Of a stretch of DNA of 64,000 nt, positions 37,277-52,200 are shown in pieces. The notes under the pieces were generated by a model. That model searched no databases, was not told the DNA's origin, and saw only the letters and a list, made by a program, of their open reading frames with translations. Made by a program: the position numbers and the translations under genes. Within the stretch, counting starts at the first letter, position 1. The number at the start of each line of letters is the position of its first letter. Source of the stretch: Promethearchaeota archaeon (GTDB lineage Archaea; Asgardarchaeota; Lokiarchaeia; Sigyniarchaeales; SOKP01). The DNA lies in the NCBI GenBank assembly GCA_030599585.1, contig JAUVNS010000002.1, positions 320,001 to 384,000 of the forward strand, written 5' to 3'.

Positions 37277-40200
37277 TCACATCAAACCTCGACTTTCTAA
37301 TTTTTGTCTTATGTCTTTTATGATGGAAGTGACCCAGTCTTCTGTAATCCATTTCTTATCGATCATCTGTTGAATAGTGTAAGTCTCCCCTCCATGGTTC
37401 ATCTTAAGAAAATCTACCTTTGAAGTATCGACTACCCACTTCCCGTTCTCAAACACATATCTATTAGGGCCTTTATAGGAATATGCTATTCTGTCGTTAT
37501 TTTCCCATTCGTTGACAAATTCTATAAGGCGTTCTATATAGAGATCTTGAGCGGATTGTTCCCAGTACGATGGCGGCCTTGCAGCTTGGAAATCATTGCG
37601 CATCATACGCATTCGAGAATAATAATCTAGATTTTTCCTCGGTTCCAAGCTTGTGAATTTGTAATGCAAATCCCCCATCATAATAAGATCCATTACGTCG
37701 TTTACCGTTTTATCGAAGTCAATGTGATGTCTAAATTTATTATTTTCGACATCATAGTTTTGGATTCCCTCTCCACGCCGCCCAGCTGGTAATAAACCTC
37801 CTTGATAAAGGAGTAATTCAACCCAATGCTTAGCTATAGTTGCTACTTTATAAAAATCGTCATGATAATCAACTTTTGTAGAATCAAGCAATTTTGGTTC
37901 ATATCTAAGGTAAATATCATGAACCCCAGGATAATTTCTTTGATTGTCGGCATAAAAATCTCTAAAAGTTTTTTGCATAAGTATAGCTTGACCTTTCCTA
38001 ATAGATTTGCTCAAGTCTGATACGAAATCTTCGAGGTTGTTAACTACACCCATATTATTTATATTCTTAACTTGTCCAGAAAGATATGAACTAGTTGTAG
38101 ACGCTACCGTTCCTAATCCAATTCTATTATTGATCTCTGATACATCTAAGTATATCGATCCATGATATATATCAGATAGATGCCAACTAGCAAGCAACAT
38201 TACTTTTTGAAGAGGTTTGACTTCTTCATTAACAAGAAAACTGTTAGAAGCGCAGTATCTATTAATGGCTAATAAGGCTTCTTGAACTGATCTAGCTACT
38301 AACTTAGATTCTATACTATCTGAAATCCTAGATTCGCCCAAATTCTCTAACATAAATTCAGCAGACGATTTCCTGTATAAACCGTAAATCATTCTGAGTA
38401 AATGTTCGGTTTTGACTACGCGCCCTAGTACTTGGGATCTTGAAAAAAGTCCGAAAAATTCGTTTAACCTGTTAATCGAAGGCCCGTGACCGTCCCTATT
38501 GGCAGGATCATGCTGGATTGCAAGCCTAAGATCCCCTAATAGTTTATCTACGTCAGGATTTTGATTCTGTAAGCCAATTTGTCTTCTATAATTCATTAAT
38601 AATTCTTTAAATGCTTTCTTTGTTTCCTCTGTAAATTGTGGATCTTGATCTACACTAAATATCCATTTGTAAAGCTGGTTATCAGTCCATAAGATGTTTA
38701 CTCCGTTCTCTAAAGACAAGCGGGTAGTTCTAAATGCATCTCGACGTTGATTCAATGCTATAGCAAGCGGTCGCTCCTCAGTAATGCTTAAAATGTTTTT
38801 AATATCATTGAGTAAGATGTTCGTAGGATGATCTTCCCAATTTTCGTAACTATGGAAGTAATCAATAGTAACAGCCACTTCCGCTACGTAAATTTTACTG
38901 TCGATGTTATGATGGTTTTCTTCTAGCCAATCTGCAAGATTAGTAACGCGGTCTACAGGAATGGAAATGAGTTGAAAATCATCGGAAATTATATACATCT
39001 TATAATTGCCGCTCACACCGAAATAAGTCAAAATCTCGTTTAATTTGTCTAAAGTGCTCATATCTGCTCTAAAAGCGTTCTGAACTAAAGAACGAGAGGC
39101 TTGGCTCTTTTTATGAATTAACACAAAATTGGGATCGTAGAATTCTAATCCGAACATATCTAAGAATCGCAAATTTGTAACCCCTTCTTTAGCAAGTGCG
39201 TCTTTAATGATTTGAATTGTCTCTTTTTCTGCTTTTTGGACTCCAATCTTATTGTAATTTTTCTGGATTTGTCTAAATAGTTCTTTATATCCTCTAAATC
39301 TCTCTTCTTTTAATAGATACTTCTCGATCCATTCGTTAAAATATGGATCAAAGGCAAGTGTGTTAAACTTGTTAGCGAGATTTTCTTTTTGAGTTCTACT
39401 ATCGGGATTAATCTGACGAAGAGCAGTAACCGATGGAATGTTTTCTTTATTGGAGCCTTCTTGCGGTGCCTTAAATAGCTCGTGAAGGGCTTGAGGATCA
39501 ACTTCCGAGGGTTGCTTTGTTTCTTGTCCAAAGTTTATGGTGTCAATATCTCCGACAATACTTATTAGGTTCTTTTTTCTTCTGTTGTGTCGCCACGACT
39601 TGAGATTAGCCATGGAAAGAGGCGACGCTTTTATTGAGCTGCCGACCATTTTCTTCAGACCGGAGAGCGCAGCGAAACTGAAGGTGCCGAAAAAGACGGC
39701 TGGAAGCGTCATAAACAACCCTTTAAGGAAGTTGCTTTCTAACAGCTTGCCCAACGAGCCCTTATTTTCTGCTGCTTCTTGCATTGCTTTCTGTTTTTGT
39801 TCGAAATCGGAGTTTATTTGCTGTTGAATCTCTGTCATTGACTGACCCGAAACGAGACCTTGTATAAGAGTAATTACGCTTTTTGAACTTATTGGAGCGC
39901 CTAGAACTAACTGGCCCATGGCTCCTTTTACTTCTCTGGCGGAGGTTGATAACGAAGACAACCAGAATCCTAAGTCGTCAGAGCCGCCTAATATACTTAC
40001 GACGTTTTCGATTAGTGCTTCTCTAAATCCGTCTTGAATTATTTCTTCGAATACTTCTTGTATTGCACCTTTAACCGCACCTGTAAGACCTCCAAGAAGC
40101 GATTTTGATTGCTTTGCAATAAGCATCGCAACGCCTTTAGCTCCTGCCTCCGACGCTAATTTGCCTACGGCTGCTTGAGCCGCCCAAGAACCAAAATACG

Positions 40201-43200
40201 CTAAGGGAGCGCTTATTAACGTAGACCAGAACGTTAGAGTCTCCGTATAGGAAATCTCTGAAATCATATTAGCACTAATTTCTGCGAATGTATACTGACT
40301 GAAATAGTCCATAATGGTGTAAGAAGTAGCTTGAGCTAAAGCAAGTCGACTGGTTTCGTCGGTGGTGTCGGGAATAAATCTTTCGAATTCGATTCGAATT
40401 TTGTAGAATATAGTCTCATCGACCAATTTGCTAGCCCACGATTGAGCCAAGAAGTCTTCGAATCCTGAATATTTTTCCGAAACGAGCGCTTCTATAGACT
40501 TAGTAAAGTATAGATTACCTCCATCGACCGTGTAGTCAGAATCGTTAACTAGTATGTCTTGAGCAAAATAATCGTTTAGGTGAACTTCTTCTTGAACAAC
40601 GTCGATAAACACGGACGTAATGTTGTATTCGAAACCGTTATCGTTAAGAGGAACTTTCGCTCCATACAGAGCCGATTCTACGTCGTCCATGGCATAAGCG
40701 TTAATCCCAGAAGTCTTATCGTAATCCTTACATCGAACGGTCACAGTAAGTTTTCCTAGCGCAGGTTGGATTTGGTCGAATCGAGCTTGGCTTAGAACCA
40801 CGGGTCGATACAAAATCGATAGCGGTAAGATAGTTTCTTGGATGGTGCTATTGATAAATTCGTAGCTCGGTGCTCCGTCTATGCAATTAGGCTTTATAGC
40901 ATCGAACGATCCTCCTGATTTTTCCATGACGATGGTCTCAAGCGCGCCTAAGGTGTTGAACGAGTGTAAGTTGTAATCGTTAAACAAGAATTCGGTGTTG
41001 TGGTAAGTGTAAAATGGTTTGGTGTTGTAATAAGGGAGCTCGCTTGTCATAAGTAAATAATCTAAATTGATGTCATCGTAATCGAGGGCGGTGTAAGAAT
41101 CAGGATTGGAACCTCCCATGTCCCAAATGTTTTCCCATAATAAATCTAAAAATCCTCCAAAAGAGTTCCATATTCGAAGTGGATTTGGAGGACTTACTAA
41201 CAACTGCCCGGTATAAGTAGTCCCAGAATCCTTGCCACTCACGGTAGCGTAATATCCTCCTGGATGAGCTAATAGCGCTGCTGCCATCGTGTCTTGAAGA
41301 ACTCTATCAAAAAGATTTTTTTCGTTGAGCGAAACCGGTTCTTGTGGTCCGCTTGAACTTGGGTAAAATGTGTCGGCCCGTTCTATGGATTGTGCCATGT
41401 GAAGTTTTCGATCGATGTTAAATTTTGTCATTAAAGTATATATAACAAGGTAAGTTAGCGTTCCCGCAGCTCGACCCGCAGCCTCTCCCGCTGCAATAGC
41501 TGCAAGAGTTCCTACGCCTAATGTCGCCGCTATACCAGCAGCAGTGACCATCGACGCAACTATAGCTGCTACTACCGCGCTCGCAATAGCCGCAGTTGTT
41601 GTCATAAAGACTTGTTCTATAATATCACCTACTAATTGTTCTCTGTAAGTCTCCCACGCTCTTGCGTAAGATTTGTGTCTAATTTCGTAAAATAACTCGG
41701 TAAATTTAGGGTTTTTTTGGCTCGTTTCAGAAGTTTTGTAAATTTCGAAGATTTGATCTTTTGGTTTGTATTCTTTCCAGAATTTATCGTCTTCGTTTAA
41801 AATATCGAATAACAAATCGTTATTTTTTAAATTGTCGAAGTTATAAATCCAATCAGAACCAAACATTTCAGTCTTTCTTCCGAGGTTGCTAAAATCGGTA
41901 ATTGTGTTTTCTACTTGATCTAACTTTTCGTAGGGAGCAAAATCGTGTATGCCGTCGTAGTTCATTCCTATCGATATTACGTCGTATTTAGGAATTACTA
42001 ATCTGCTTACCGTGTATAAGTTGCCAACTATGTACACTGTCTCGTAATAACCGTTAAGATCTGAATCTATGAAAAAGTAGCTACCTGAAGTTTTAGCAGA
42101 TCCGTCCAAAAACGCGTCTTTATCAGAAGTGTAATAAACTTGACCGTCTGCCGGAGTGACCATAGCTCCAGTCACCTCAAATTCAACCCAACCGTCGTTC
42201 TCTACGCTAGATTTAGATATTTTACCGAAATCGTTGTATAACGAATACCTATTTGGGATGCGAAGAATAATAGTCTTTTCGAAATAATTTGTGGAATAAG
42301 AAATTTCTCCATCTTCGTCAAATACTTGAAGAGAGTCGTATTTTATTGGAACGTTGTCTGAACTCCAAGTTGGACCCGTCCAAGTGATGTTTGCGGGACT
42401 CGCGTAAGGAAGTTCAGGATCGAAAATTATTTGTGATTGGGCGTTAGTGTCGATGTTAGTGACCGAGTGTTGATTGGAAACATCTTCAAAGAACCCTTCG
42501 ACGCTTTCAACTTCGTTGTTTTTAAAGTCGTCCTTGTAAACCCTTTGTTCTTCAACCTCTCCTTCGTTATAATCAATAAAGGTTAAAGTCGAATATTCAA
42601 CGGTGTCTACGTACGAAGTAGTGACATTTTCAGTAAATTTTCTATAAGTTGTGCTCAAAGTAGGAGCGTTCATGATGGCCCCAAGGTTTGCCGTGCTAAA
42701 ATCGTTAGAATCGAGGTGTTCTTTCGTAAGAAATTCGTTAAATACAAAATCGTCTTTTGATCCAAACAAGGAAGCGGCGCTTTTCATTATATATTCGCCT
42801 AAAAAGATTAATACGTTCTGAAGTTTTGCAGCGAGTATTGTTTCTTTAAATTCCGTTACCTCGTAATATATGCTAACTTCGGTAGTCTCAAAGTTGGTAG
42901 ATTCGTCTACCGTTCCGTCTCGGTCTTCGTCTACTTGCACGCTGTAGAAATTACTTTTAACGTGTTCTTCCTTGTTTATTTGCCTCTGCGTCGATTTCTG
43001 AGCCCAATAGTCAACATCTGGAAGCATCATCTTAGAAAGCGTGTAAAGCATTAACGGTATTATCAAGACTGATAATAATAGTTTGGCCATGTTAGGATCG
43101 TAATTGGCGAAAGTTTGATCGTCTACATCGAACCAATCTGTTCTTAGTTTTTCTTCTAAGTTTTTAGAGGCTTTTATCTCTCGATTCTCGAAATCTTGAA

Positions 43201-46200
43201 TGACCGTATACCAATAAATCTCGCCTGAACCTTCTGGATCGTCTATACCGTATTTAATTATATCTGGAACGCCATCTCCATCAATGTCGATCGTTTGCTT
43301 GTAATCGGATTCTCCGTCCATGTCAATGTCTGCTACATATATTATGGAGGTATCGTCGTAATATACTTCGAAATTATCGAATTTTTCAGATGTGTAACCA
43401 ATAAATTGACTTTCAGAACTAATGTCGGGGTTTCGAGAGAAACTAATTGATTCAAAAGAAGTGCTTTCGCTGGTAATAGTATCAGATCCTTCAGCAAACA
43501 ACGGAACGCCCGATTCAGATCTGAAATTGTAATCAATATCTACCGAACTGTAAAAAGTCTCGGTCTGATCTGATAAGTAGGTTTGGTTAAAATTATCGAG
43601 TAAAAATATTTCGGTATAGGTAGAAATTGGGGCGTACGAATAATTTACTATTGCTGTAATTTGATCAAAAACGTCCAGAAGACCGTCATCCGAGTTCAGA
43701 TCAATAATTGTTAAGTTGTTAGTTGTTTCGTCAAAATTTAGGCTAAAATTGACGTTATTTGTCAACATTTCCGTGTCAAAGGTAGGCGTTAATCCGATCA
43801 CTTGATACAAACTAAGGTTAACAAAGTCGTTTTCGAAAGTAAGGTTGCCAAGGTCAAAAGTATGGGTGTATTCAGAAATTTCGGTGTATACTGAAAAAGT
43901 CTCGTAATAATATTGGACTACTCGATATTCCGATTCTTCTTTAAAAGAGTAAGCGATATTTTCGTAGGAGTGCGATGTGCTAAACTCTGAAAGCCAATCG
44001 TAATGCTCAGGTTTTAATAAGTAGTTGCAATCGTATACCGCCCTAATCGAGTCGAGATCGATGTTTTGCTCGTCAATTCGAATAGATTCGGTCCAAGACG
44101 TGTTTGTAGCGTATTCAAAGAATAGGGTTGAATTAGCCTCGATTATTAAAGGTTCTTCAAATTCCATACCAAAATATTCTGGGTATTGGTTAAACGATGG
44201 GTTCCAGGTAAATGTATTGTTTGAAGGTTCAAAGTGTAATTGGTGATCGTTTCCGGTAATTCCTGCCGAATAATAATTGCCTTCCTTGTCGTATATGGTC
44301 AAATAATCTAACCAAGTACTATCAAGGTAAAACATTGGCAATTTATCGAGAACGAGTTGATAGGAATCGTCTTCAGGATCGGAATCGGATGTAAACATTT
44401 CGTGCTCTGAATATTGCCACACCCGACTATCTACGCTACCAAACGCGTCTGATGCCTCGTACGATTGTTCTAAAAGCACAATTTCGCTTATAGTCAACTC
44501 GTATGTAGGGTTAGGCACAGAAATAACTATATTACTGAAGTCTAACTCGTCAACTCCTTCTGAACTAAATAAGGAAGTTAAGTTAAGCTCTATCTTAACC
44601 GCCTTCACTCTTCCGTTAAATTCGGTATCAAATGGAGTAATTTCTAATGGAACTTGGTAATAATAATCGGCGGTAAATTCGGAATAAGAACCGGTAGAAT
44701 TGGCGTTAATTAACAACAGCTCCGCTTTAGGAAGGTCTGGGTGCGAATCGTAGTTATATCCCTTGCTTTCGAAGTAAGCTTTACCGATACCTACGGCTAT
44801 TCCTCTCTTTACTGGAGAGCTATATTTTAGGACTATCACTTGATCGTCCTTAAAGCTACCCCTTTCGCTGGTATTGTTGTTGAAATAAATCGTCGGAACG
44901 TGTAAAGTGTAAATATCGTTTTCAAATGTATAAGTTATGTTATTTGAGAAAGAAAGAAGTTCCAACATGTCGTTAAATACGTAAGCTAGATGAGTCCCGT
45001 TAACCATAAGGTCACTTTCTAACGCGATGTGCATGTATTCGATTTCATCTTCCATAAAGGATACGAGTTCGCTATCCCATTCAACAGTTTGTATTCTGAT
45101 AATACCTTTAAGGTTGTCTTGAGAGTATTTTTCGTCGCTCCTAAATTCTGGAGTAAATCTTATCGTTTCTAAGGTGTTTGTGCTAGTAGGCAAATCAACT
45201 TTTAGGGTGTAATCTACCATAATTAATTCTTCAGCGGTGATAACTTTTGTTAATTGCGTCATTAAGCCTGAATTATCGAAAAGTTCGATCGTGACGTATT
45301 CTAAACTTTCTATGTTTTTTATATTGGTGTCTAAATACAAAACAAGGTAATCTCCGTTGTGTAGTCCTGTAAGCATATCTTGATCGTAATTCTGCAATTC
45401 TTGAGAAACGTTGAATTCTAATTGATCTCCTTCTTTAAGATAGGCAGCAACTTGAGACGCTTGACAAACTATGTTCTGCAAGGTAGATTTGTTCTCGTTC
45501 ATGAAGTATGGAGCGTCTAAGTTAGGTATCACGCTAAAATTTTGTGCGTTTATAATGTTCCAACTTGTTACGTTTAATGTTGATGTAATTCCTTCCGTGG
45601 GATCGTACGAGAATTGGTAACTATTTAGTTCTTTATCGATATTATTTGATATAAACGATACGAAGAATTCTTTGTTCGCCCGAATTGAAGATACCAAACT
45701 GTTTTCATCGTTTTTGATGGTTATTTTTCTAGAGTCAACATCTACTGAATAGTGAATAGAATCTAAGAATATCATCTTGCCTCTTGCGTTGAAATAAAAC
45801 ACGCTTATCGCCTCCTCTCCTTCAGCTTCGATAATATCGACGTAATTATCTAATTCTGGGCTCATCATATCGTATACATATCCTGAAACGGAACTATCAA
45901 AAAATTCAGAGCTTATCTCGAATCTCTCTTCGTAGTAATCTCTGCTATTTAGCCGATAACTTAAGTATAAGTTGTATATGTTGTCGATCGAAAGGCTGTA
46001 TTCGAAAGGTGTAATTATGGAACCTCCGCTTAATTTTCGGTATTTTTCCCGATAAGTGTTTAACGAGTCTAAAGTCGTCTCAAATAGGTTTGTCCACGGA
46101 TAAGTAACCATTATGAAGTGTTTGCGATCGATTAACCCTGGTTGAAGTTTATATTTGTATTTTAACTCAACATTTGTGTTAGGTTCGATATAACCCGATT

Positions 46201-49200
46201 CTTGCTCGCTTTTATTTTGGAAGTACGCGTAGTTATTTTCGATTTTTAACACGTAATCGTTAAATAAAGATTCGTTCGAATAGGCTACAAATTGATCGTC
46301 AACAAACAGAGCTAGCTCGTAAGCGTCGTTATCTACTCCTAAATACTCGTAATTGAACGGTGTATGGCTCATCTGATATCGTAACGAGGAGGAGTTGTAT
46401 TTGGCAAGCACATAAATGAATGAATTTTCCACGAGCGAATAACCTGAGTAGTATGTCTGGATATAAGTATCTATTTCTGTAAAGTCTATCGTGTAATTAA
46501 ACGAGTTAGGAGCTTCTTGGGAAAGATAACTGCCTGGAAGGGTGTTGTAAATTGTTACAACGGTCATCGTCTCTTCGTCCGTACCCATCTGCATAAGGGC
46601 GTTGATCTCTTTAAATACAATGTAATCTTCTGCGTATTGGTCGTTAGGAACGATATATTGCGTTCTGATGGTGTCGGTGGTATCGTCTCCCGTGTAAAGA
46701 ACTGAAATGTTGTAATATTCGTACGGTCTGAACGTAAACGAGTCTTGCCCGTCTTCTATATAGTCTTGGTTAAAAATTTCCCATTCTAAACCGTAATATT
46801 CCATAGTAAAGGTAGTATCGATTGAGAAGTCGGGGTGAAGTCGATACGTATCTAAGTCGGTAAATCCGAAATCCCACTCGATCTGAGAGTTATAAGGATT
46901 GTCGGGGTTTTCGTGAATAACGTAATCGTAACCAAGCGTAAATTCGGTATCTACCCAATAATCTACCATGATTTTGTTTTCTGCGTCGGTAAAAGTTTCA
47001 AAATCTCCGGCAGGTTTGAAGAACAAAATATAGGCAGTGTAATTTTCGTTGTATTCCAGAGCAAAATCTTCCCCTACCTTAAGTCTTAACTGAGTTGGCG
47101 ATGGGGCGTACGCACCGCTGGAATCGGTTTTAATATCGCAATAATCGTTTTTGTAAGAGCCAATTGGGAACCCTTGAGCTGATAACGCGTATGAGTAAGG
47201 CATACCAACGGTTTTTATTTCGCTTATATCTATGTCTTCTGGGAGTTGCAATCCGAAATATATATATTCGTCATAATCCGAAAACATGGTATTCATCGTA
47301 ACTGAATTGTTCACATCGGTATCTAAATCGAATACTTGGTGGTAAAATACTTCTCCTGATACGTAAATTTCTTGGGTGGTTAAAAATTGGCTGGTAAAAT
47401 CGAAAGTGTTTTTCCACGAAGTAGGGACTTTAGGAGTTGTGCCAGAAATTTCTGAATAGTAGTTATTAACCGCACTACCAGCGTAATCCATGGCAATATC
47501 TACGTTATAATACTCTTCACCGTCGATTTGTGTTCCCGAACCGTAATACAAGTCGAGATATCCGTCTTGATACAAAGGTTCTTCGATATCATAGGCGTCT
47601 ACAAACATGCCTAGGTTTGGAATTCTATAATAATTCTCTGCCGATACGTCTAAAGTTATCGAATCTCCCAAATAGGTAAAGGAATAATCGTTTCCCGTCC
47701 CTTTGCCTAAAGACACTAAAGTTGCGTTTGGAAGGTCTTTTAGCGCGACAGTAATCTGCGAGCCTTCTATGAGACTAAACGGTTCTTCAAGCAAGTGAGT
47801 CGTAAAGGCTTGGTAATAGTGAGGAGTATTTATTAGGGCGCTCATGTCAGTCTCGCCGTATTTATCCAAAGGAGCGCGATCGTACATCTCTACAATATGT
47901 TCATCGGATAAGTAGTCAAACTGTTCCAAAATCAAATATGGTATGTAATTATCGCTACTTCCTGCTTGTTTAAAGGAAATTTCGATGTCTACGCTATCTG
48001 ATCCAACTGCGTCGTAAATAGCTTGTAAATCTTTCGAGTATGATATTGTATAAACTCCGTCGACGACATCTAAGAGAATTTCGGAATAATCCAAAGGAAT
48101 TACGATTGGATCGGAATAAAATTCGTAATATCCGTCGTTAGTAATGTAAGTAAATTCTATCGTTAAGTTGTTGAAATCGGTGTTAAACTCGTCTATTACG
48201 TCCAAAAGAATTTCGTCAAATTTCATGGTTAAGTTTATCTCAGGAGCAAATAATAAGGGAACGTTGTGCAATTTAATAGTGGTTTCTTCCTCGGAATCGT
48301 CTAACGATATATATAGTGAAGATTCGTCAAGTAAGTACGCGTCTAATTGATTATCGAGGTTGTCAAGTATTACGGGAGAACTCTCTTGGTTGTGCATTAA
48401 TCTTACTGAGTCGCTATATGTCTCTTCTACTTTTTGGAATCCGTAGGAAAGCGCGTATTGCGATTTTACACCGTACGATACGTTTATTATTTCTTGATCT
48501 AATGGTGCCGTGGTAAAAGTAATTGTTGGGTGATTGGCCGAAACTCCTTCAGAATAGGTGCCGAATTCGGCTAATAATTCTTGACTATTGTATATAACAA
48601 AATTGCCGTCCCATGCTATAACACCGTCTAACCCATAATTTAAAGTAAAAGTTTGCTGAGACCCAGTTCCTACATAGGAATCAGAAAATTTGGTAAACAA
48701 TGGAGATCGCGAATTATCGCTCTCTGGTAGAAATTCTGAAGGTAACTGAAGTTCGATCGAGCTTTCGTTGTAATTATTAGTATATCCTAACGAAATTTGT
48801 CCGTAATTATTTGACCCGTAATCTAATTTTAATGTGTAGATTACAGAAAATTCGGTTCCTTCGTCTGGCCTATTGGTTCCAACGAATTCTATTACTGAAG
48901 CGTTATATAACACCGAAGTTGGATAGTAAGGCGTGGTCCAATCAACCCCGTATTCAAATTCGAACTCTGAACCGTCTTTTATACCAAAAATTTTCTTAGC
49001 TGCGACATCGGTAAGAGCTACCAAATCAAGAAGTTCGCTATCTTCGTCAATTCCATATTCCAAAGTTTCGTTATAGAATAAGAACGCTATTTCCTGTCCG
49101 AATGACTCTCCGCCCATGATGCCACCTAAATACACTATGCCTGTATCTGTGTTGATAGTGTTTTCGATTGTTTTTACCGTAATTTTACTGGAACTAAATT

Positions 49201-52200
49201 GGTTATCAAATATCGACCATGTAGTATTTGGAGCATTCGTAGATGGATTAGCTTCTAAGCGTAGGTCTAATAAGTTAATAATTACGTCTCTCTGCTCTTC
49301 GTGGATAACATCTTTGTTAAAATCTATGTTAAAACTTAAGTTGAGGTCGCATTGTAATCCCATCAAAAAGTGTCCTTCAGGACCTAACGATTCTTTAAAC
49401 GTCATTACACCGTCGTTGTTCCCCGGTCTAAGCATTATACTATCAACGAGTGGGAATGTGCTTGTAGTCCCGTCTTCGTTATAGATCGTACAGTCTAAAG
49501 AGATATCGATGTAATCTTGAACGGAAAGTTCGGCTCCCGTCGCGTTGTAGAACGGTTCGATCCACACGCTTCCAATAAGATGCGGATAGTTGCTTTCGAA
49601 CGGCATTTCTACTTCGTTATTGTAGGCAGAACCCCACGCTGAAACAAACGGATCGACTAACGAGATAATAGTATTCTTCTGTCCAAAAGAAATCCAATTT
49701 GTGGGACGTATTTCTAAGGGTATTGAAACTATTGGAGAGGCAGCGTAATATTCTGATTCGATTATATAGATCGCGATAGTTGAAATACCTGGTCCAAGTT
49801 TTGAAAGTAATTGTACTACAGTTTCGTTATCAATCGTAATATAACCTGCTCCGTTAAATCCTTCTTCAACTTCCATGAAGAGCGAATCGGCGAGAGTTCC
49901 GTTAGGGGTGTAAAAGTTTATGTAAGCGTAATACGCGTAAGTATCGTTAAAAATGCTGATATCTGTTGGCTCTAATTCCGAACTTGTATAATCTTTCGTC
50001 ATCAAATCTCTAGATGGGGCTAAGGCGTTAGGAATTGGGTTTGCTTCGGTAGCGTATAAGTACATGGTAATAGGATCGTAGGAAGAAGTCAAATCAGTAT
50101 CTGGTAGGTTGTAGGAATAATAATCGTTCACTCCAAGAGCTATAGGTCGTTTATGTAAGTAAATTAATCCTTCGAGGTAAGTACTGTCTTGAATTGCGAG
50201 GTTAGTAAAATCGTAATCTTCTTCTATGTTTGATCCATCAAAAATTAACCCGTCTTTAGAGCACACGTAAAGCTCGGGAGTGTCTATTGCAAATTCCGTC
50301 CAATTAAAGTTAGAGGAGAAAGCTCTGACGTAAAGCACAATATCTTCTACCGAGTTTATTCCTTCAATGCTCCCAAAAATGTCCGTGAAGTCTTTTAAGT
50401 AATCGTAATCAAAGGAAACTTCAAAAGACACGTCTCCAAATTCGTCTGTAACATCGTACGCCCACACATAAGGACCGTAAGCGTTGAGCTCTGTGTTATA
50501 ACTATCTAACTCGTACGCTACCGGTTTACCAAACATTTTATTAGCTCCCGTTCCAGGACCGATGGAAGTAATTTCTTCGGTGCCTAAAGATTCGAAGTAG
50601 ACTGGTAAATCGGTGTCGTCTAATCTCACCCTATCGTTAAGGAATTGCGATTTACTCTTAGACATTAACCCAATTTGGAGCCAAACTACGCGATCTTTTA
50701 CGGGTTTGTTCTCTTCGTTGGTCAATTTGAAGCTATAAGTGTAATTTTCGTTTACAAAGGTATCGATAGAGACTCTGGTGTATTCTTCTCCTTTTTCTAG
50801 CGCTTCTACCGGATTTAAATTGTAGAAGTATTCGCGTTCTTCGTAGAATTTCTGGCTGGTAAACATATTTTGTGATGGATCTTCGTTCATCGACAGTTTA
50901 ACTTGATCAGGAATTGTAATCACAGTAATTGGTTTTGCCCATCTATTGCTTTCTTTACAGTTGTAGATTTTGCTAACGTCAACATCGTCGTAAATCACAT
51001 CTTCAAGCAGATCGGACGATTTATTGTAGATATTTAGCGGTAAGTAGGCAATTTCCATGTGGACTAACCTTCTTCCGCCACCAAGAGGTATGGAAAGAGG
51101 CGAATTTAAGTCTAATCGTTCTTCGTATTCGAAAAATCCTAAATTATCGATCGGTATAGAATCAATCGGAACGTTGTTTCCTTCAGAATCTTGTAATAAT
51201 AAAAGTAAATTATGAGCTAAGTTTACTCTTTTGGTAAGCGGGGCGGTGTATTTAATCTCAAATAAGTCGTAAATTGTAAAGTATCCGTCTTTTAGAATAG
51301 TGTTGTAAAGGTCGTAGAAATAAATTTTAAATCCGTCTAACGACAACCGATAATCGACACCCTCAACAAAAACGTATTCGTCTCCAGTAGCGTTTATTAC
51401 TCTTATACTTTCAACACTCGAAGTAGGTCTATTAAGAGGATGAGTTATTTCTACCGGATAAGTGGCAATGTAAGCTACTTTGAAAACATCACCAGAAGTA
51501 GTATAATTTAATCCTGAAACCACTAAATTGCCTTCTGAATTAATAATCCACGGATCGTATTCTGAAGGATCAACTTCAACAAACCTATCTGAATAGCTTT
51601 TGTTGACATATATACTGTTAAGCGCGATAACGTCGGTCTGAATTTCTTGATCTTCGTAATAAGTAGGACCGTAAAGAGTAGCTCCAGTACTTGTCACGTC
51701 TTCTATAAGTAATAACTTGTTAATTGGGAAATTTTGGGTAAAACTATCTTCGGTAATCCACGATTCAGTTACCATGTCGTAGCGGGCAAATGGCACCTCG
51801 ACTAAGTTTTGTTGCTTATCGTTGTCGTATGCGTCTACGGAGCTAAAACTTGTGGGCGAAAATGGTTTGCCTGTTATAACTTTATAACTCACGAGCAAAG
51901 TTGTGTCGTATCTAATAAAACTGGTGGAGTCTTCTTCCCAATAGATGTTAAGTATGAAAGCGTTATCAACGTAAGAAATAACTGGATCCTTACCATACAC
52001 TAAGATCGAATCGTTAAAGAAATAGTTTCCGTTCAAATTAGTGTATAGACATCTGACTTCGAGTTGGTCGTTTAGGTAGTAAATCGAGAAATTATCTTTA
52101 TCGATAAAATCGCTGTCACCAAATGGAGAGATTACTTTAAGTCTATGAACCGTCTCACCGTCCAGAGCTTCTTGATATTTGTAAGAGTAAACTTCGTCTT

